From the NCBI GenBank assembly GCA_000004985.1, contig GG738894.1: a DNA stretch of 64,000 bases; one strand, given 5' to 3'. The stretch comes from Naegleria gruberi. Taxonomy: Eukaryota. Below, piece by piece: positions 19,467-29,955 of this stretch. Under the pieces are notes generated by a model, which ran no database searches, was not told where the DNA came from, and worked only from the letters and a program-made list of their open reading frames with translations. Made by a program: the position numbers and the translations under genes. How positions within the stretch are numbered: position 1 is the stretch's first letter; the number at the start of each line of letters is the position of its first letter.

Positions 19467-20716
19467 TCAAAGAGTCTCAAGCCCTCTGATTGATAATGGT
19501 AAACCTCTGGCATCAAGGTATTGCAACGAGTCCAAGTTGACTAGAAATTCAACTCCCTGATCATTAATAGAAGTTGCAGGAACAGAGAGTCTTTGGAGGT
19601 TTTTCATTTGGGAAAGATAAAGAGCTCCCAACTTGGTAATCATGTGATTTGTGCCAATTTGGAGATCTCGTAAACTGGCCATTTTAGAAATATATTCAAC
19701 TCCCTTATCGTTCATACAAGTGTTTGTTAAATTCAATTCTCGTAAATTAGTCAATTTAGAAATCAAGACTGCTCCTAGTTGACCAATCGGGTTATCGTTC
19801 AAAATGAGTGTCTTTAAAGTTTTCATTTTCACAAGATATTCAACACCTTCTGCATCAATTTCATTAAATCCCAAATAAAGAACTTCCAAACTGAGTATTG
19901 CTAAAGAATTTGGTTATTTTCTAAATGTAAACATTTCAAAGATGTTATTCTATATATGTGTTCCAACCCAATTCCACTAATATTAGTATTATTCAATCCA
20001 AGAAATGTCAAAGTTCTCATATTAGAAATGCATTCAGCATGTAAATTACCAATCTTGTTGAGCTCCAAATTAAGATGACTTAGTGATCCAAATTCTAATA
20101 ACAGATTGATGTCTTTCAGTTCTAATTCACAATTCACTAGCTCCAATAATTTCAAATGCTTCAATCTAGTCAAGTTCTTCAACTCTCCATTGTAATAATT
20201 CTTATCTAACTGTAATTCTTTTAAACTCTGAATTTGTGAAATATAGGAAAATACTTTTGGCTCCAAAACACAATGATCAATTTCCAATCTCTTTAAACCC
20301 TTCAATTTGGATACATAATATGAATTATCATCCGAAAGTAAACTCTTTTTCAATTTTAAAACTTGTAAATTTTCAAAATAGGGAAAACATTCCATCACCC
20401 CCAAACCAATCTCACAGAATTCTGCTCTTTCCATTCCAAAAAACAATCCATCGTCACAAAAATTCCAAAAATCTTCATTGGTTTGTAATTCCAATCCAAG
20501 TTTTCGTCCTACATTGAAAGAGAAGGGACATTCCCTTATAATTTGCTGCCACTTCTTACAAACTAGTCGGAAATAGGAAATCAATTCAATTCCTTCTATG
20601 AAAGGAAAGATGTTATCTCGTAATATGTCATCAGGCAGTCCGTAAAATTGTGATTGTATGGAAGAATGGAAGCACAAACACGAGTAGCTGGTAGTATCCT
20701 GATGTGTTGTTGACAT
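19467..20716 (-). CDS. F-box / RNI-like leucine-rich-repeat protein, reading frame broken by a +1 shift near 19895
   Basis: ATG at 20716. F-box-like 'LPDDILRDNIFPFIEGIELISYFRLVCKKWQQII'. Then repeated 'LxxLxLxxNxI' LRRs. ORF 19901..20716 stops at TAG (…LENNQIL*). LRRs continue immediately in the +1 frame (…SLEVLYLGFNEIDAEGVEYL…) to 19467. Confidence 0.45.
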
Positions 20717-20943
20717 TTTTTTGTAAAGTTCATCCTATAATGACGTACCAGACACATGGTTTTAAACGTTGAACTAATTTACAATTTTACATGACTTGGC
20801 TCAAGTAATGGACTTTAATTGCTTGAAGAGATGCAATATATCTCTGACAAGATTTAAACAATTTGTTCACATAGTCTTAATTATTAGGATTCAGAATCGA
20901 ATAGATGATAAGTAATATCACAACGTTTCTCAACATTTTAGTG

Positions 20944-22098
20944 TTATATACTTGATATGTCAGGGAATTTCTCACGTATTTCCAACATGAATTTGTTATC
21001 CCTTCTTAGCTTTTCTCCAATAAATGTATCAAGGTTTACATGGTGATTGTGTGAAGGATCTTTGTATGATAATCCTATTCCCAACATTACAATTTCCTTA
21101 TCATTTTTGTACATGTTTGGAAGGCTGTATACAACTCCATTCTTTAAGCATCGAATGACCAGATCTCTATCTTCCAATAAATTATGTGGTAAATAATTCA
21201 GAATATTATTATTGATATCGAGAGAAAGATATTGTTCTGTGATTTCTCTTGTTTTAAACATATTGTTCATAAAGCAATAAGATATTCCATTTCTTTGAAA
21301 TACTGCCTTGGCAATATCCGTATCTGTAATCAAATGATCTGGGATGAAGCTAAAGATGTCATATGATACATAGTTTGTCTTTTGAATCAATAAGAGGAGA
21401 AATTCTTTGGTTAGAATTGATTTGTGTACGCAACCTAAATCTGAACATCTTTTGCCTATACAAATTTGAACTATCTCTGTGTCCATTCTAAAATTATTGG
21501 GAAATATAAAAAGTGGAGCATTATTGTGTACCAATTTCAGAACATTTTCTCTCTTTTCTCTAATTGGTTCTGGAAACTCACGATAGGAGAATATATTTGC
21601 CTTCACAGATTCCAGGAAGAAGTTTTCATCGTTTTGCAATCTATCACTAATTAGCTCAACATTCTTGGGGTTCTTTTTGATAGCTGCCATAGCAATTTCC
21701 TTGTCATCCAAAAACTGTTGAGGTATTTCTCTAGCAATAAATCTCAAAGAAAATGATTGAGTCATGACCATTAGCTTGACAATTTCTCTGTCATTATAAA
21801 ATTGTTTCGGTACTGAAATATCATACTTGCAACAAAGTGTCCTCAACACAAATGCTCTATCCTGTTGAAACTCCTCAGGTAAATGAGAATAGAGTGGATA
21901 TGATTTCAGAGCAGCAAGACAAATATTCCTATTCCTCTTCAACACTTCATTGCAATGAAAGTAAAACAGACCATATTGGGAAACTAATTTCAAAGCAACT
22001 CGATAACAATCTCTCAATTGTTGAGGAATTTGATTAAAAACTTTTACAGTCCTAATTAAATGTGCAATCTTTCCAATCACGTATTCATTTCCTACCAA
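20944..22098 (-). CDS. DUF4116-type repeat protein (N-terminus uncertain)
   Basis: 384-aa ORF. Repeated 'xxDREIVxxAVxxNxxALxYxSxxLKND' units (e.g. FYNDREIVKLMVMTQSFSLRFIAREI, LDDKEIAMAAIKKNPKNVELISDRLQNDENFFLESVKAN). ORF-track start is TTG. The frame stays open about 150 nt further upstream without an in-frame ATG (a nearby ATG is in +1). Confidence 0.5.
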   Translation of the reverse strand: MVGNEYVIGKIAHLIRTVKVFNQIPQQLRDCYRVALKLVSQYGLFYFHCNEVLKRNRNICLAALKSYPLYSHLPEEFQQDRAFVLRTLCCKYDISVPKQFYNDREIVKLMVMTQSFSLRFIAREIPQQFLDDKEIAMAAIKKNPKNVELISDRLQNDENFFLESVKANIFSYREFPEPIREKRENVLKLVHNNAPLFIFPNNFRMDTEIVQICIGKRCSDLGCVHKSILTKEFLLLLIQKTNYVSYDIFSFIPDHLITDTDIAKAVFQRNGISYCFMNNMFKTREITEQYLSLDINNNILNYLPHNLLEDRDLVIRCLKNGVVYSLPNMYKNDKEIVMLGIGLSYKDPSHNHHVNLDTFIGEKLRRDNKFMLEIREKFPDISSI

Positions 22099-22527
22099 AT
22101 CATCGGGAATTTTCTCATAATCCCTAAACTTTCTTCTCCCTTTTGATTCTTTTAAATATTGATCAATACGATTCCAAAGTTTGATGATCCGATCCGATTC
22201 TGTTTTAAAATTATTTTTTAATAAATTGAAATAATTAATATTGCAATCTTCTCCATGATGATGAAATCATGCAGAATAATCATTTGTACCATTTTTTTAA
22301 ATTGTAAATAATTTCTCAATAATGTCAATAAGAAAGTGTTGAACATTATTCCGAATCTTCCTTTTCACTTACAAATAAAGAATTTTACAGGAGTTTAATA
22401 TGAGGTAGGACTTGGATATTAAGGTTTGTTCCTTCAAGGTTGAATTTTTGAAAAAAATAAAACAAAGAGAGGAATTTTTCACTCCAGAATTTTGCACAAA
22501 ATTCAGCATCATCGGGAATATAATAGG

Positions 22528-23639
22528 ATGGAAAGGAGAGTTGGAATATTGATGATATTCATCATCGGAATGGTTATTTGTATAATGATGAATGTTTCGG
22601 TGAATGGTCAACGTTTGTCGAGTGATTTTGGACATTTGGTAAACTCTCGGACACTGGTTAGACGAATTAATGAAAATCCAAAATCACCATTCAAGGCAAA
22701 ACTGTATGAAAGATTTGATTCTATTGCCAAGTTGATTAATTTATCGAGGAGAAATGGTGGCAGAAAATTTTCTATGAAAACTGTTCAATCAAGAAAGTTT
22801 AAACTTTCGAAAGGATTGGCAATTCCACCTGAATATGATTTGAGAAAGAATTGGTATCAATGTGTTGGTGATATTCAAAATGAAGGTCAATGTGGTGCTG
22901 TTTGGGCAATGGTAAGTTTTTTCCAATTATTTCAATTCTAATGTGAAATATTTCAATAATAATCTGCTCTATTTTCTAATTTAAACCATTAGGCTCCAAG
23001 TGCTACTGTTTCTGATAGAATGTGCATTCAATCTAATGCTAAATTCCAAGAAAGATTGTCCTCTCAATATATTTTGGAATGTGATACTAGAGATTTTGGA
23101 TGTAATGGTGGATATATGAATACTGAATTTGAATTTGAATTGAATAGGGGTGTTCCAACTGAGAAATGTGTGCCTTACATTGCCTTCAATATGACATTAC
23201 AACCTTGCCCAACTAGCTGTTTCAATTCTACTCAACCAATGGTTTTATACAAGACAAAATCAGTGCAAAATGTGACTGGAGAGTTGGACATGCAGCAAGC
23301 CATTTTGCAAGGAGGAAGTATCATGACTGAAATGGACGTTTATCAAGATTTTATATATTATTCCAGTGGAGTGTATGAACATGATCCATCTTTCACTCAA
23401 CCAATAGCGAAAACAGTTGCAAGAATTGTTGGTTGGGGAAGTTTGAATGGAGTTAATTATTGGATTGTAGCCAATGTTTGGGGGAAAACTTGGGGTTTGG
23501 ATGGCTACGTTTTGGTTCGTGTAAGTTATTTAGTGGCTTAATATTTCAATATAATCACTTGAATATTTATGTATTACTATAGAGAGGTACTAATGAGAGT
23601 AACATAGAAAAGGACGCATATGCTTTCCAAGTTTACTAA
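22528..23639 (+). CDS. cathepsin B-like C1-peptidase homologue, catalytically inactive (pseudo-protease), copy 2; exons 22528..22909, 22993..23519, 23583..23639
   Basis: Signal peptide MERRVGILMIFIIGMVICIMM. Propeptide/mature junction LAIPPEYDLRKNWYQCVGDIQNEGQCGAVWAM aligns with cathepsin B [32 protein letters not shown]. Exon junctions GCA ATG|GTAAGT…CCATTAG| and CGT|GTAAGT…TACTATAG|. Downstream 'FGCNGGY', 'GWGSLNGVNYWIVANVWGKTWG', 'RGTNESNIEKDAYAF' are colinear with cathepsin B. Confidence 0.7.
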
Positions 23640-23890
23640 TCATTAAGTAAATAAAAAATCTATTTTGTAATATTCTTCTAGTTGAACTGTGACACTCATT
23701 ATAATAAATGATGAACATACCTAAATAGATGTTGTTTGCCAAGAACATTAATTTCTCACCAATCAACACTAAAGCAGAATAGAACTAAATTTGTCATGTT
23801 TTATTCTCAATAAAACAATTAAAAACATTACATTCCTATTCAAAAATTATGTAATTGACTTTCCAATTCTACGAGAATCCCTTGGTTAAA

Positions 23891-25483
23891 TCACTCAAAC
23901 ACATTAGAAGGGTTAGTTTTCAACTCGTGCCAAAGCTTGTACTCGTCAGTGTAAATGAATCTGGAGAACGAATCAACTAGGTTCGTATATAAATCTCTCT
24001 TAATTTCATGTAATAAATGCTTGCTGGTATCAAGATTAATGGTACCACTCTTTCTTTCAGTATCTACCAATTTCTTTGTTTTTCCTCTAATGTTAATTTC
24101 TTCTGAGCAACCATCATCAAGGAATTTATCATAGACCATGTTAATCACCTTGCTTCTTCTTTTTCCTGACATGTCAATAAAATTCTTTTCCATATCCAAA
24201 AGCTCTTGCCAACAATTCAAATTCTCGACTGAAAACTCTGCAACACAAAAGTCTTTGAATAATTGAAATCCCATAGCATCTCGTAAAAGTAGCTCCAACT
24301 CGTTTGTCATTATTGAAGGAGCAGAGGCTGAACGTTCCAAATTCTTTCTATCAGATGGTGTTTTACCATGATCTGAAGAGGGAATTTCCACATGACTATG
24401 AGATTGAGTCTTAATGACTGTTCTAGTCTTTGAAAATGATTTGTTGAGAATGTTGGCAATCTTTTTCTTTTCATCCAATTCAGCAGCAATAGTTGTATCA
24501 GTATCTGTATCAGCTCCTGCTCTTGTTGCTGAAGATGAAGAGTCTGAAGTTGCTGCACTCGTAATTGAATGAACTCTAGGTCTGTGTTGTGGAAGTTGTG
24601 TTGATGATGAAGGAGAAAGATCCACAATTGGTGTATTCACATTTTGCATTGAAATAAACTCCTCACTATCGGTAACTCTTCTTCCAAATTCCTCTTCCCC
24701 TTTCATTTCTGCCTCATCGATAGTATTTCTTCTGTGAAGCATAAAGAAGGCCTTGAGCACATTCTTCTTCTTTAAGAGAGAAAGCTTGGGCGTTGAAAGT
24801 GATCGTCTGTAGCCTGAATTTTCTTGTAACCTAGCAATTTGTTGTTGAGTGGAAGGAGGAAGGGATTGTCTGGACTTGAGATTGGATGATTCGTTAGTAG
24901 TTGAGATTGTGGTAGTATTATTTATAGTGGTGGTATGAATGGTAGTGTTGTTGTTGGTAGTGGAGGCTCTAGATTGTGTTGGGTTTGAAATTTGCATGAC
25001 TGTGTTAATGTTGGTTGGAATATCTGAAATATGAATACTAGTACTGAGCGCAGTCCTAGAGTTTCTAACACTCGTCGTTGTGCTGGTCAGTGAGGTCATG
25101 TCACTATCAACATGGTGCAATGGAAAAACGTTGAAAGATGTATTCATGGATGAGGAGAGGAGTACGGGAGAAGATGGTGTTTGTTGTTGATTGTTATTTG
25201 AACAATGTGATGAAGAGGCAGCTCCAATTCCAACAAGAGCATGCGATGCAGCAAACACTACATCACTTGGAGGTTGTTGCTCTTGATTATTAGGTGTAGA
25301 GATGGCATTATTCGAAACTTGATGATGAACATTAAAACTGGATACAGTGGTCAGAGGTGATTGATTTCTCGTTGTTGCTGTTATTGTTGGTATTGATGAT
25401 GAATTCTTAGAGGAGGATGAAATGTGCCTCTCACTCCTCCTAAATGAGAAGCGTTGTTTAGAATGAGAATTTGTATTGCCCAT
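23891..25483 (-). CDS. RGS-domain protein with N-myristoylation motif and long S/T/N-rich low-complexity N-terminal region
   Basis: 530-aa ORF with ATG. MGNTNSH (G2, S6). C-terminal RGS signature 'FQLFKDFCVAEFSVENLNCWQELLDMEK…YDKFL'. Confidence 0.65.
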   Translation of the reverse strand: MGNTNSHSKQRFSFRRSERHISSSSKNSSSIPTITATTRNQSPLTTVSSFNVHHQVSNNAISTPNNQEQQPPSDVVFAASHALVGIGAASSSHCSNNNQQQTPSSPVLLSSSMNTSFNVFPLHHVDSDMTSLTSTTTSVRNSRTALSTSIHISDIPTNINTVMQISNPTQSRASTTNNNTTIHTTTINNTTTISTTNESSNLKSRQSLPPSTQQQIARLQENSGYRRSLSTPKLSLLKKKNVLKAFFMLHRRNTIDEAEMKGEEEFGRRVTDSEEFISMQNVNTPIVDLSPSSSTQLPQHRPRVHSITSAATSDSSSSATRAGADTDTDTTIAAELDEKKKIANILNKSFSKTRTVIKTQSHSHVEIPSSDHGKTPSDRKNLERSASAPSIMTNELELLLRDAMGFQLFKDFCVAEFSVENLNCWQELLDMEKNFIDMSGKRRSKVINMVYDKFLDDGCSEEINIRGKTKKLVDTERKSGTINLDTSKHLLHEIKRDLYTNLVDSFSRFIYTDEYKLWHELKTNPSNVFE

Positions 25484-26096
25484 TGATTCAACTTCTTATA
25501 TTGTTGATGATGATGTTACAATTACTGTAGTTACACTTTAACTTGCCCAACAATCAGACAAGAAGCCTTTTTATCTAATGATGATGCTATATTGCTCAAT
25601 AATGATGATGAAACACACAACACCCTTGATGGTGGATGTATAATATTCTCGAATCTAAAAGGCAACAACACAATGGAGTGTGTTGCGATTCTCAAGAGAT
25701 GAGGAAAAAACAACGTGAAAAACCGTTGGATTTGTGTTCGTGCTGCGAAATGGCCTACAACACTCAAAAAATGAAGGCCGATGAAGTGTTGAGTTTTTTT
25801 TCTCTTTCTGCTCTCTTCATTGCTTCGGCTACTGAAGATGAGTTTGGTGAGTGAATTTGAACAGGCAGGAACAATGACAAGGAAGATTGAGGGCTTAAGG
25901 TATTGGTACCATACTCCAAAATTGTTAAGCGTACAGAAAAGAAATTGTATACGAAAGCTTCCTGAATGAGAATATTGGGTAGGTGTTAAAGCTGTAAGCA
26001 CGATTATTATTCGAATTTTAAACTGTTATTTGCAGTTTGTCTGAAATGTGGAAAGTAAATAATTGGTCAGTGTATTGAGAGATGTGAAAAACAATA

Positions 26097-26106
26097 TTGG
26101 CGCCAA
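26097..26106. promoter_or_regulatory. palindromic TTGGCGCCAA (E2F-type core; TTTGGCGCC on the minus strand) in GC-richer spacer upstream of the RGS gene
   Basis: Same GGCGCC-centred palindrome as at 13783. Confidence 0.3.
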
Positions 26107-26260
26107 ATCTGTACAACTATTGATTAGTGACGGGTAATTTTGGTTTTAGATGTGCTTTGTATTTTTTAGGATCTACTGAAGGAGGCGGATTATCCTTTTT
26201 GTGGGTTGTATTTGAAAAAGTCCATTGATTTTTCCATTACCTCAACCACCTTCAAAAATC

Positions 26261-29200
26261 TCAAAAACTTGGAAATTCTCTTTCCTTTGAAAGAGGAAAA
26301 CAATAAGACAAGTCCAGAAAATAATTATTCAATGGACACTCTAATAAAATAGTTTTTGAGACTTTTTCATTTCGAGATTGCTTGATACGGATAGTAAATC
26401 TTGGGCTTACAATATGTGGCATTTTCTCTTCTTGATTATTGAATAATTTGAAGCAATTCAAATTGAAAAGGCAACATGTATACACAAATGGACTTCTAAT
26501 GAGTGACTTAAATCTTTCTTCAAGATTAAACTCATTGTCGTCCTCTTCTATGTATTGATTGTAGGTATGGAAGAGCCAGTATGCTGCCTTGTGGTTGAGC
26601 TTATCCAAACTGTCTCCATCATGTTTGATAAAGACTTTCTCCCAGTTTATCTTATCTTCTTCAAGGCAATCTTTAATGCTTTCGAATAATTTCTGTTTGT
26701 GTGCTGAGAATTTATCAGAAAGGACAATCTCATCATTTTTTCTGGTTGACCAATAGAGTCTCCATTGTGAATACGCTTCCTTAAATTCATCTTTCCATCT
26801 TTGCCACTCTGAGGAGTATATTTCAGATGGGTTTTCAAAAACAGTGTCAAGTTGCTTTGTATCTGAAAAAACCATCCTATTGAATATATTTCTAATTAGG
26901 TCAAACATTCTTGCTTCGAATGTATCAAGTTCTATATGAGATTGGTCAGTAATCTTCAATTTGCAAAGTTCCATCCACTTTGGAGAATCCTTTTTTGGAA
27001 TTTCATACAACTGTTTAGCATTAAAAGCTGATCCCTTAATAGTATCAATGCTGTCGTGATACATTTTGGACAATTTAAGTTTGATATCTATTCCAACCTT
27101 GGAAGAATCTTCTCTCCAACACATTGTTTTAAGATAAACTTCTGAAATTTTTGATGATTGTTCCATCATTTCCAATACAGTTTTTCTTACATCTTCCATG
27201 CTTAGTGAATTTTTAACAGTTTTGGTCACCTTATTGGTGGCAGCTCCATCGTTATAATTCAATTTTGGTTTGAGATTTTGATCAAATAACTTGACAATTT
27301 CTGGATCGAAAATAATCTCATACAAGTCGCCATCCAAATCACCTCCTGCCATGTAGCATAATGGTTCTGGGACTTTCTTATAATTTGGATTGTGTCCAAA
27401 GACAATGACATCTCTTCTTGATTGGAGGAATTCTGTTGGGGGATGCTTGACCAACTTTAAGCATTGGATATCACCTTCATAGGCAAGAGGATTTCTATAG
27501 ACAAGAACCTTGTCAATTTTAGCATAATCTAAACTTCGAATCAACTTGGAGCATGGGATGTGAACTTCATCATGTTTCAAAGTCGAACTTTCATCATAAA
27601 CACCCATACCACTTAAAAACCCAGGATGTTTACATTTCATACTGAGCTTGTCACTAACCATGGATTCAAACTTGCTTTCAATATTGTCTTTTACAACGGA
27701 GGAAATAAAATAATTATCCAATGAATGTTCAGCCATTATTAAATCTCTAGCAATAGATTCTTGCGAAGTTTCTCCTGATTGAGAGAGGAGCACGTTGCAT
27801 AAATATTCTGGATTATCCTTATTCTCAACAATTTCCATTAATTGAGTTTCGTAAAAATTTTTGAACAATTTTTCCATTTCTTCTTCATTCGTAGTCATTT
27901 GCAGTAAGCAAGACATGATATTTCTATTAATATTGCCACCATGAACACGAGCAACATTCAATATATCAATCTTATTGTAAATTGAATAATTTCCTTCAAA
28001 TTTCACCATTGAATTTCTCAAAATGACTTTGGTATTGGATGGCAATTTGTGCTTTTTAAGTAATTCTGCCCACATTGATTTGTTAACCTTTTGAATGACT
28101 CCTTTGGCTCCCAAAATTCTTACCTGCATGGCACTGATGTTCTTGAAATTCTTTTCGAATAGTCTACCTTGTTTCGTATCTGATTCAAATAACTTGTCCA
28201 TAAAGAAATATGGAACAGAGTAGGTATTTTCCAGGACTTGTTCGAAGAAATCTTCAACAGCCATACCAGCACCATCAGTCACTGCAATATCATCTGAAAT
28301 AATTTGGATATCATCTTGTTTCCATTCCACAATACTTGGAGTACTAGTTCCCATACTCAATCCAACTCTACTAGCAACCTTTCTAGGTCCATGCTCCTCA
28401 GCTTTTTCAAAGGTACCCAACATTTGCTTCAATATTTCCAAATTCAACAATGTTGAGTTGTAAAAGATACAGGAATCACCTTTCAAACCAGAATTTGAAG
28501 TACCTAACAAACAATACTTATGACCTTCATGAACAATACCATAGGAGAGACAATATTCCTTCTTGCATTCTGAGAGTGCTTTCAGATCCTCTTTGGATGT
28601 AAAATCAAATTTTACAACCATTAAACATTTTCCCAAATTCAAACTCATTAAAATTCTTGCTAATCTTGAGAATGAATTCAAGATTGAGTAACGATTGGTT
28701 CCATCACCAATAATCGCATACTTTCCATTGTTTCCCTCCATTTTCTTCCATCTGTTTTTCACATGACAAACTAGTGGATAGAATTCACCAAAGAATTGTT
28801 CGTATCCACCAGCAACATTTGAATTGAAAAGTGATTGAAAAAGAGTTTGATTAGCTTGTGATTCAAACAGTTCCAATTCTCTGGCAAAGTATCTGTATCT
28901 CTTCATCAAGTATTCCAATGGATTCTTTGCTAAATCCATGGTGCTATCACACATATAGGAAATCTTTGCACTCAACTCTGAATATTGAACATTATCTATC
29001 TTGACAACAATCTTCCAAACATTCTTTCCAAAACCAAGAACATTCCAATCTTCCCAGCCGGTGATTGTTTGCAAATCTTCATCTCTCATTGGCAATACAA
29101 TAATCAATTTACCATTAACCNNNNNNNNNNNNNNNNNNNNNNNNNNNNNNNNNNNNNNNNNNNNNNNNNNGTTGATTGCATTAACCAATGTCTTTTGATC

Positions 29201-29374
29201 TCTCATTCCTCTCTCATGGACCAATAAAACTTGTTGAACAGTTGATGAATCACAGTTTTCCAATTTCAAATAAGTACGAATCTTTCGGAACAGAATATCC
29301 TTGATCTTCTCTGTAGCTCCAATCTTGATAGATGGAGGACCAGAAATTGTTGTGGATGGGGAAGTGTCCATCAT
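26261..29374 (-). CDS. eukaryotic RNA-dependent RNA polymerase (RDR family), interrupted by a 50-N gap at 29121..29170
   Basis: ATGATG at 29374 (MMDTSPSTT…). Catalytic 'CYMAGGDLDGDLYEIIFDPEIV' (DxDGD signature of cellular RdRPs) in a protein of over 1000 aa. The ORF-track N-terminal 60 aa (alt start) are probably 5' UTR. The 3' end may include an unspliced intron (GTAAGC at about 26418). Confidence 0.7.
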   Translation of the reverse strand: MMDTSPSTTISGPPSIKIGATEKIKDILFRKIRTYLKLENCDSSTVQQVLLVHERGMRDQKTLVNAINXXXXXXXXXXXXXXXXXVNGKLIIVLPMRDEDLQTITGWEDWNVLGFGKNVWKIVVKIDNVQYSELSAKISYMCDSTMDLAKNPLEYLMKRYRYFARELELFESQANQTLFQSLFNSNVAGGYEQFFGEFYPLVCHVKNRWKKMEGNNGKYAIIGDGTNRYSILNSFSRLARILMSLNLGKCLMVVKFDFTSKEDLKALSECKKEYCLSYGIVHEGHKYCLLGTSNSGLKGDSCIFYNSTLLNLEILKQMLGTFEKAEEHGPRKVASRVGLSMGTSTPSIVEWKQDDIQIISDDIAVTDGAGMAVEDFFEQVLENTYSVPYFFMDKLFESDTKQGRLFEKNFKNISAMQVRILGAKGVIQKVNKSMWAELLKKHKLPSNTKVILRNSMVKFEGNYSIYNKIDILNVARVHGGNINRNIMSCLLQMTTNEEEMEKLFKNFYETQLMEIVENKDNPEYLCNVLLSQSGETSQESIARDLIMAEHSLDNYFISSVVKDNIESKFESMVSDKLSMKCKHPGFLSGMGVYDESSTLKHDEVHIPCSKLIRSLDYAKIDKVLVYRNPLAYEGDIQCLKLVKHPPTEFLQSRRDVIVFGHNPNYKKVPEPLCYMAGGDLDGDLYEIIFDPEIVKLFDQNLKPKLNYNDGAATNKVTKTVKNSLSMEDVRKTVLEMMEQSSKISEVYLKTMCWREDSSKVGIDIKLKLSKMYHDSIDTIKGSAFNAKQLYEIPKKDSPKWMELCKLKITDQSHIELDTFEARMFDLIRNIFNRMVFSDTKQLDTVFENPSEIYSSEWQRWKDEFKEAYSQWRLYWSTRKNDEIVLSDKFSAHKQKLFESIKDCLEEDKINWEKVFIKHDGDSLDKLNHKAAYWLFHTYNQYIEEDDNEFNLEERFKSLIRSPFVYTCCLFNLNCFKLFNNQEEKMPHIVSPRFTIRIKQSRNEKVSKTILLECPLNNYFLDLSYCFPLSKEREFPSF
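29121..29170. other. scaffold gap (50 N) inside the RdRP gene
   Basis: Run of N. Confidence 0.95.
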
Positions 29375-29955
29375 GGAAAGGGTGAGTGGGTGGTTATTGT
29401 TGATCATCACAAATATTATAATTTGTCTGGTTGAGTAGTTGTTGTTGATTTGTTTTTTTTGATTTTGAAAATTGTGTGATGTGGAGAATTCCCAATTAAA
29501 AACCCAAATTTTTGTTTTCCAGATCAAAAGAACGAGAATATTTGTTTCTCTCAACAAATCTCAAAAGAGGCAATGAGAACAAAACCATTTTACAGTACCA
29601 ATTACATTCAGTAGAATATTTGGATAATCACAATTGATCTCAACAAGGGATATTCATCTAATAATCGGTAGTGTTAGCCCAATTTGTTCCCCATTGATTG
29701 GCGAGTGTTTTCTTCTCCACATACTTTTTATCATCAATTGATTAACCCCCTCTTTGTATTGTTCCTCCTCTTCGGAAGAATGATATCAACATGTATTACT
29801 CTAGAGAATCATATTAAGTGTTATTGTGATTTCTTAAGGGATTTTTTTTTCTTCTAAACAACATACCTCATCCTTTTGGATGAAGAATATGAGTAGGCTT
29901 TTGTCTATTAGGTGACAATTATCAACGGTGTTTTATAGTTCCATATCCAAACACC

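Noticed and set aside
25531-26001. ORFs 25531..26001 (-) and 25636..25854 (+) in the GC-richer spacer between the RGS and RdRP genes
   Set aside because: They are mutually overlapping on opposite strands, with no homology or domain signal. The region is more likely the RGS 5' UTR/promoter (contains the GGCGCC palindrome). Kept only as regulatory.
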